A DNA stretch of 19,893 nucleotides from assembly GCA_040754495.1 (NCBI GenBank), contig JBFMCO010000018.1:1-19893 (forward strand), read 5' to 3'. The translations under genes were made by a program, and so were the position numbers. This document shows positions 14,565 through 19,893 of this stretch, in pieces (the first letter of the stretch is position 1; every line of letters begins with the position of its first letter). Source of the stretch: Candidatus Micrarchaeota archaeon (GTDB lineage: Archaea > Micrarchaeota > Micrarchaeia > Anstonellales > Bilamarchaeaceae). Below the pieces are notes generated by a model. That model searched no databases. It was not told the DNA's origin and worked only from the letters and a program-made list of their open reading frames with translations.

Positions 14565-16201
14565 GCCGGCTCCGCCTCGAACTTCTCGAGCCCTCCGTCC
14601 CCGAAGACGAGGGAAACGTCGTAGTCCGTCCCCCGGTACTCGAACGAATCGCCGTCCTCGACCTCGAACTCGTCCCCGTCCACCTCGAAGGTCAGGAGAA
14701 GCCCGGCCGTATCGACATCGACAATCTCCGCGTCCGTCCCGAACAGCTTGAATTTTTTCCCGTCCAGGTTGAGCCCGGAGGACTCGGTGTCGAGGTACGG
14801 ATAGAACTCCGCGACGTATGAGTCGTATTCCTCTATATCGTCCGGGCACACCGGGTTGTCGGTCCAGTCCTCGACTAGCCCTGCCTGGGAATAGAACTGG
14901 ACGGCGTAATACTCGTCCACGGTCAGCTCCACGGAGTCCGTGCTGTTGTCTGACGAATCCAGCGTTACCTGCACCACGTTCTCGCCGCAGAAGTCGTCGT
15001 CGGTGTCGCCCTCGTCGAGAGTGAAGCTGCACAGCTCGTCGTCGTCCTTCCAGTCGGCATAGTTCTCGTAGAGGCGGAACGTGGTAGAGTTCGCGCCTAC
15101 AAGATGGGCTTTCATGATGAAGTTGTCGTTCAGCTCTACCGCGCCGCCCTCGTAGAGCGTCAGCGCGTCGGACTCGTCGAAGGCCGCTATCTGGTATCTC
15201 TCGTCCTCGACGTCCACGTCCGTTTCGTTATTGACGCAGTTTACCTCCCTGCATTTGCCGTCGAAGCACTCCCTTCCGGTGCCGCAGGCTATCTTTTCGT
15301 TCGCTATGGACGACTCGGTAGCGCAGAAGTATTCCAGCACGGTCGTGTCGCTGTAGCAGCTGTCGGTGTTCGTCTTGTCCTCGAAGGAGGACGTGCCCTT
15401 CGTGAACTGGTCCTTGCCCTTGTCCGAGTCCACGCACACATTCTTCACGCACTCCCCGCCGCTGCAGGAGAATCCGCTCCCGCATGGGATGAGCTGGCTC
15501 TTCGTCGCGTTCCCGTCGCAGTAGTATTCCTGCACCGAGGCCGTCCCCTGGCACGAGTCCTGGAAGGCGTCATCGCCTTTGGTCACGGTGCCCTTCTCGG
15601 ATGCGTTCTTGCCCCCGTCGCTGTCGGCGCACGGGCTGTCCCTGCACGCCCCGGAGACGCATTCCCTTCCCGGGCCGCACGATATGTCATCGGACGCTGC
15701 AATGCCCCCTTCGCAGAAGTATTCGGTCACGGAATCGCTGTCGGCGCATTCGTCCGTCTGGCTCCTTCCGGACGCTTCAACGGTCCCGCGCGCCTCCCTG
15801 TCCTTTCCGCCGTCGCTGTCCGTGCAGGGCGATTTCACGCACGCGCCGCCCGAGCAGACGTACCCGGCCGGGCAGGGCAGGTCATCGCCCGCCGCCCGCC
15901 TCCCGTCGCAATACGCTTCGGAAACAGTCCCCGCATCCTTGCAGGTATCCAGGACCTCGCCCTCGCGGTCGGTCACCGAGCCCGCCGTGAACGTGTCCTT
16001 CCCGCCGTCGGAATCGGAGCAGGCAAGGCACGCACCCTTGCTTTTCACCTGGGCTCCCGCCTGCTGCGCGTGGCACGCGCTCGGGTAGGTGACATCATCC
16101 GACCCGCACACGGGGTCGTTCACGTCCGGACAACCGCCCACGGCGAGGCAGCCGGATAAAAACAAAATCGCCAACACAGGAACAGCGAGGAACGCTTTCA
16201 T
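14561..16201 (-). CDS. Surface lipoprotein: Kazal domain, four Cys-rich DSDGG repeats, acidic C-terminal domain
   Basis: LFLSGC lipobox; CPDVNDPVCGSDDVTYPSAC...GAC; four 65-66-aa repeats; TTTAATAAA 20 nt before ATG 16201; stop overlaps the convergent gene at CTAG. Confidence 0.88.
   Translation of the reverse strand: MKAFLAVPVLAILFLSGCLAVGGCPDVNDPVCGSDDVTYPSACHAQQAGAQVKSKGACLACSDSDGGKDTFTAGSVTDREGEVLDTCKDAGTVSEAYCDGRRAAGDDLPCPAGYVCSGGACVKSPCTDSDGGKDREARGTVEASGRSQTDECADSDSVTEYFCEGGIAASDDISCGPGRECVSGACRDSPCADSDGGKNASEKGTVTKGDDAFQDSCQGTASVQEYYCDGNATKSQLIPCGSGFSCSGGECVKNVCVDSDKGKDQFTKGTSSFEDKTNTDSCYSDTTVLEYFCATESSIANEKIACGTGRECFDGKCREVNCVNNETDVDVEDERYQIAAFDESDALTLYEGGAVELNDNFIMKAHLVGANSTTFRLYENYADWKDDDELCSFTLDEGDTDDDFCGENVVQVTLDSSDNSTDSVELTVDEYYAVQFYSQAGLVEDWTDNPVCPDDIEEYDSYVAEFYPYLDTESSGLNLDGKKFKLFGTDAEIVDVDTAGLLLTFEVDGDEFEVEDGDSFEYRGTDYDVSLVFGDGGLEKFEAEPA
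15239..16021 (-). repeat. Four tandem 65-66-aa coding repeats CxDSD(G/K)GK...G.....D.C.....V.E.(Y/F)C...C..G..C..G.C
   Basis: Six Cys per unit at conserved spacing; units start at aa 66, 131, 196, 261 of the ORF-track translation. Confidence 0.9.
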
Positions 16202-16450
16202 GCAGCGAAACCGCACCTGAATTTATTAAATCTTGCTGATTTTTGCGGGGTCGCGTCTGCCTCCACATCGGACTAGCTCTGGCCTCAATAACGCCTCCAG
16301 GCCGCCTTCCATCCGCTGATTTTCACCAGGCGGAAGCCGAACCATCCAGCCCTGCGAGGCAGTCCCTTACTATAATAAAGGGCATCATGGCGCGGCATGC
16401 GCAGGCGCCCCCTCCCATCTTTTTTAATTGTTGGCCGCCAAATGCGCTCC

Positions 16451-16726
16451 ATGGAAGAGAACAAGGACCTCAAGGAGGCGATAGAGGCCTGCGCGAAAGT
16501 CGTCGCGGAAAAGTGCGGCAGGAAGCCGTTCATGATAGTCATATCCAGCGCGGACGTGAAATTCGCCACGAAAGAGCACCGCGAGAAGGGCATCCTGAGC
16601 GGGACGGCCAATTACATGTACCTATCCAGGCCGGTGCTCAGGAAGAACGGCCTCAGCAAGCTGCTGATAGACACGTCGCAGCACGCCCTGAAGCAGGCCC
16701 AGAAGAAAGCGCTTGGCGAAGAGTAA
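16451..16726 (+). CDS. Hypothetical 91-aa protein
   Basis: TTTTTAA at 16421-16427, 23 nt before ATG 16451; coding-like composition. Confidence 0.7.
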   Translation: MEENKDLKEAIEACAKVVAEKCGRKPFMIVISSADVKFATKEHREKGILSGTANYMYLSRPVLRKNGLSKLLIDTSQHALKQAQKKALGEE

Positions 16727-16766
16727 GCGTCATGAGACGTAAACCCGATGCGCAGCCCCTAAAGCC

Positions 16767-16824
16767 TTATAAACCCATTTTTACAAACTACTCCCAAGGT
16801 GTTTGTTTTTGTCTAAAGCGGAGG
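16767..16824 (+). promoter_or_regulatory. Promoter and ribosome site of the glutamate synthase genes
   Basis: AAAGCC-TTATAAA at 16761-16773; GGAGG at 16820-16824 before ATG 16827. Confidence 0.6.
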
Positions 16825-16826
16825 AA

Positions 16827-19088
16827 ATGCCCGCCCCGGGGGCGAACCCTGCGCCAAGACGCCTGATGAGCGCTTATCTGGCGAAGTCGCCCCCGAGGAA
16901 CAGGGAGACCGGCGGGAGGAAGTATTTCACTGCGGCCATAATAGACCGCATACAGCGGATGGGCAGCACCGGGCAGCCGCAGGCCGACATGGAGGAGCTG
17001 TGCTCGTTCCGGCCGCGCTTCGATTCCCCTCCTTACCCCCCATCGGACATGCTCGTCCTTGAGCGGCCATCCGCAGGGGCGGCTGCCGCGGCGGACCTGT
17101 CATTCGCCCTCGGGGAGCGCATCTACTCCGCCCCAATAATCTTCGGCGAATACTCCTACGGGGCGACGCAGGAAGAGGTGCACAGGGCGGTCGCGCAGGC
17201 GGCGGCGGACAACAATTTCATCTTCGGGGTCGGCGAAGGCGGCGTCGCGCCGCCCATTACCGGAAACCCCAACCTCATGGTGCAGGTGGCGACCGGCCTT
17301 TTCGGCGTCAGCCCGGCCATGCTGCGGGCTGCATGCGTCGTTTCGGTCAAGATGAGCCAGTCTGCCAAAATCGGCATGGGCGGGCACCTCCCGAAGGCGA
17401 AGGTTACGTCGACAATCGAGCGCATACGCGGCATGCCTGCCGGCGTGGACATCCTTTCGGATGCGAGCAGGGTATTCTCCATCGAGGAGATGCGCGCGCT
17501 CGTGCAGGCCGTGAAGCATGTCACCGGGAAGCCCGTGCTCGTGAAAGTCGGCGCGTCGCACTCCATCGCCCATGTCGCGGCAGGCGCGGCGCGCGCAGGC
17601 GCGGACGGCATAATCATAGACGGGCTCGGCGGCGGCACCGGAGCGTCGCCGAACGTCCACCGCGACCACATCGGCATGCCTATCGAGCTCGCGGTGCATC
17701 TTGCGCACAGGCAGATAGAAGGCATCGGGATGCGGGATGCGTTCCGGATAATCGCCGGCGGCCGGGTGGACCTGCCATCGAAGGCGTTCAAGCTCATGCT
17801 CCTTGGCGCGGACGGGCTGCTCCTTGGCACGGCGTCGCTGGTCGCCCTCGGATGCAAGGTCGTGAACATGTGCCACAAGGACTGCCCCACCGCCCTGACG
17901 GCCATACCTTCCTTGGGCGACGGAACGAGGAAAAGGGAGCTGGATGTCAGATGGGCATCCCAGGTCCTCGGCAATTTCTTCAGGGCTTACAGGATGGAGC
18001 TTGAGCAGATGCTGTCTGCATACGGGTTCGCGTCGCCGGCCTTGGCGCGGGGGCGCACGGACCTCCTGCACGCGGAGGGCATGCCCGAAACACTCGCGCG
18101 CATGCTCGATGTGCAGACAAGCGGCGGGATTTTCCCAGCGCCGGCCAGCCAGCCACAGGAATACCTCTCGGGCCTCCTCGAGAGCCTTGCGAAGACCGGC
18201 AGGCCCTCGGTATCGAGCATGGGGCGGACGACCGACATGGACGCGCCCTTCTCTAACCTGGACCTCCTGACCCACGAGGGGAGGACCGTGGTGGGGCCGG
18301 CATACGACTCGCACAGGGAAACAATCGAGACGATGGTGCGCCTGCCGGGCACGGTCAATATAAGCCTCCCGGTCATCCTCCACGACAGCGGAAGCGAGTC
18401 GACGCGGCTTGCGCGCGAGAAGAACACCGTGATTCTCTGCGACAGCCCGCCTGCGGACCCGAAAAGGCGCATCGTGCCCCTGGAGATGGCAAAGGCGAAA
18501 GAGATGCTCTACCAGATACGCGAATCCTCGGGCGTCCTCCTGCGGATGGGTGAGGCGACGCCGGAGAACCTGCGCAGCCTCAAGGTACTCGCCCCGCTCA
18601 CGGCCGTATACGTTTCGGTGCCGGCCGCCCCGGATTCGGACGAGGCCGCGGTGGCGCTCGCGCGCGCAGGCGTGGACGGCATAATCCTGCGCGGCGGCCT
18701 TTCCATGAAGGAGCAGGTGCCGATAGACATCGCGGTAAGCCAGGTCCATGACGCCCTCAGCAGCACCGTCCACAACGGGAGCATACTGCGCAGGAAGACT
18801 GTTGTCCTCGCCCAGGCCGCGATACGCAGCTCCAGGGACATCTACGCGCTCAACTGCCTGGGGGCGGACGCGGTAGTCTGCGACACGTCCTCGCTTATAA
18901 AAGACCCGAAGTACGAGCGCCAGCTCCAGCTCCTGCACGGCCTTGGCGCAGAGCTGAAGCAGCTCATGGGCGCATCCGGCCTCAGCATGATGAACTCGAT
19001 TATAGGCAACAGGAACATCCTGCGCGCCGACCATTACATGGGCAGGGAGACTGCAGACCTCCTCGGGGTTGATTACGTTGGCGCTTAA
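16827..19088 (+). CDS. gltB: Glutamate synthase FMN-binding domain protein (GltB domain 2) fused to a degenerate second copy
   Basis: SYGA, GEGG, QVATGLFGV, KMSQSAKIGMGGHLP, PVLVK, IDGLGGGTGASP, LGAD, and the [3Fe-4S]-type CKVVNMCHKDCP; second half repeats the scaffold without the Cys motif. Confidence 0.88.
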   Translation: MPAPGANPAPRRLMSAYLAKSPPRNRETGGRKYFTAAIIDRIQRMGSTGQPQADMEELCSFRPRFDSPPYPPSDMLVLERPSAGAAAAADLSFALGERIYSAPIIFGEYSYGATQEEVHRAVAQAAADNNFIFGVGEGGVAPPITGNPNLMVQVATGLFGVSPAMLRAACVVSVKMSQSAKIGMGGHLPKAKVTSTIERIRGMPAGVDILSDASRVFSIEEMRALVQAVKHVTGKPVLVKVGASHSIAHVAAGAARAGADGIIIDGLGGGTGASPNVHRDHIGMPIELAVHLAHRQIEGIGMRDAFRIIAGGRVDLPSKAFKLMLLGADGLLLGTASLVALGCKVVNMCHKDCPTALTAIPSLGDGTRKRELDVRWASQVLGNFFRAYRMELEQMLSAYGFASPALARGRTDLLHAEGMPETLARMLDVQTSGGIFPAPASQPQEYLSGLLESLAKTGRPSVSSMGRTTDMDAPFSNLDLLTHEGRTVVGPAYDSHRETIETMVRLPGTVNISLPVILHDSGSESTRLAREKNTVILCDSPPADPKRRIVPLEMAKAKEMLYQIRESSGVLLRMGEATPENLRSLKVLAPLTAVYVSVPAAPDSDEAAVALARAGVDGIILRGGLSMKEQVPIDIAVSQVHDALSSTVHNGSILRRKTVVLAQAAIRSSRDIYALNCLGADAVVCDTSSLIKDPKYERQLQLLHGLGAELKQLMGASGLSMMNSIIGNRNILRADHYMGRETADLLGVDYVGA

Positions 19089-19893
19089 GCCCCTCCGCAA
19101 GGCGCCGCAGGAGCATTCCAGCTGCGCCATCTTCGGCGCGATATCGTTCAGCGGGGCCCCCCTGCACGGCAGCCTTGCCGTCAAGGGCATATGCGAGGCC
19201 GAGGAGGCCCGCGGAGGCACGTACGGCAACGGGGTGCTGTTCGCACGGGCCGAGCGGGGCAAGCGGGGCAAGAACCTGTGCTTCTGGGCGAAGAAGGACA
19301 TCCATGTGGAGCGGCTGAGGAAAATACTCGCTGAAGAGGGCGTGCCAGTGCGCGACTTCTCCAAGCCCGGCGACGGGGAAATCTACACCGCACGCACCGA
19401 GGCAGAGTACCTCCCCCTCCTCGTGGCCGTGGTCCGGGCCAACTCCGAGGTGCCGCTGGACGAGGGGCGCATAATATCGTTCGGCCATGGCCTCGAGCTA
19501 TTCAAGGGCCTGGACTCGCTCTCATCGCTCGACCCGCGCTACGGCCTTTCCGCGATGGAAGCGACAGCCATGATAGCGCATACCAGATACCCGACCGGCT
19601 CCGAGCCGAAGGTCGCCCGGGCGCACCCGTTCAGCTACGGGAACGTCGGCATCGTGCACAACGGGGACGTGACCTCGTACATGGCCAACCTCGCGGCATG
19701 CGAGGCGCGCCTTGCGGAGATATACCACGCCTACTCGGGCAACGGGAAGGGCAATGGCGGGAACGGCGATGTCGGGAAATTCCTCGCTCAGCTCCGCAGG
19801 AGCTGGGTGGGAACGGACAGCGAAATCATCGCGGCCATGATGTATACGATGCTCAAGACAGGCATCATGTCTGAGCCGGGCCTCTCCATCGGG
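19078..19893 (+). CDS. Class II (Ntn) glutamine amidotransferase, GltB domain 1 type; runs off the 3' end (not in the ORF track)
   Basis: Frame 1 reads MALKPLRKAPQEHSS-CAIFGAI...AHTRYPT...AHPF...HNGDVT...GTDSE; TTG 19078 follows GGGGTTGA and overlaps the upstream stop. Confidence 0.88.
   Translation, partial: MALKPLRKAPQEHSSCAIFGAISFSGAPLHGSLAVKGICEAEEARGGTYGNGVLFARAERGKRGKNLCFWAKKDIHVERLRKILAEEGVPVRDFSKPGDGEIYTARTEAEYLPLLVAVVRANSEVPLDEGRIISFGHGLELFKGLDSLSSLDPRYGLSAMEATAMIAHTRYPTGSEPKVARAHPFSYGNVGIVHNGDVTSYMANLAACEARLAEIYHAYSGNGKGNGGNGDVGKFLAQLRRSWVGTDSEIIAAMMYTMLKTGIMSEPGLSIG

Noticed and set aside
11990-15032. Long minus-strand ORFs 11990-13099, 12195-13487, 13208-13879, 13527-15032
   Set aside because: Shadow frames of the metallophosphoesterase and the Kazal lipoprotein; no promoter or motif support.
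15239-16021. Possible CRISPR array or DNA repeat
   Set aside because: Repeats are conserved at protein level with divergent codons. No repeat-spacer array or cas gene seen anywhere in the window.
15104-16159. 351-aa plus-strand ORF
   Set aside because: Antisense shadow of the Cys-repeat gene.
16320-16345. tRNA, 5S rRNA or SRP RNA match (GGTTCG, CCGAAC, CCAGG..GGAAG)
   Set aside because: No cloverleaf arms, no 5S context around CCGAAC, and the SRP helix-8 symmetric loop is absent.
16783-16806. ACAAAC-N12-GTTTGT inverted repeat or NrpR operator upstream of gltB
   Set aside because: Only 6 bp in AT-rich DNA; the NrpR consensus GGAA-N6-TTCC is not present.
17100-19364. 754-aa minus-strand ORF
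   Set aside because: Antisense shadow of the GltB genes caused by high GC3; no motifs, unnatural Arg/Ala/His-rich composition.

Overview
The window looks archaeal, most consistent with a high-GC DPANN lineage such as Ca. Micrarchaeota (inference). At least ten genes have a TATA-like box ending 20-23 nt before a usable ATG, other genes have GGAGG/GGTGA ribosome sites, and there is a Cys-rich DSDGG-repeat surface protein and a split glutamate synthase. Positions 1-2734 are a low-GC segment (about 37-45% in sampled lines versus about 57-75% later). It carries a HEAT-repeat protein, a 2-TM protein, a tandem-hairpin element, a zinc-ribbon gene remnant and a DUF4258/DUF2283 toxin-antitoxin-like pair. 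The rest holds ApbE plus an FMN-binding protein, an acidic microprotein, a shrunken kinase-like protein, a beta-CASP/YHS/lipoprotein cluster, a GNAT, a HAD hydrolase, an 837-aa tandem metallophosphoesterase with a coiled-coil insertion, a Kazal/Cys-repeat lipoprotein, a duplicated GltB FMN-domain gene and a GltB-type glutamine amidotransferase running off the right edge. Three real-looking genes are missing from the ORF track (4245-4334, 6671-6811, 19078-end). All family calls are motif recognition by eye; no searches were run.
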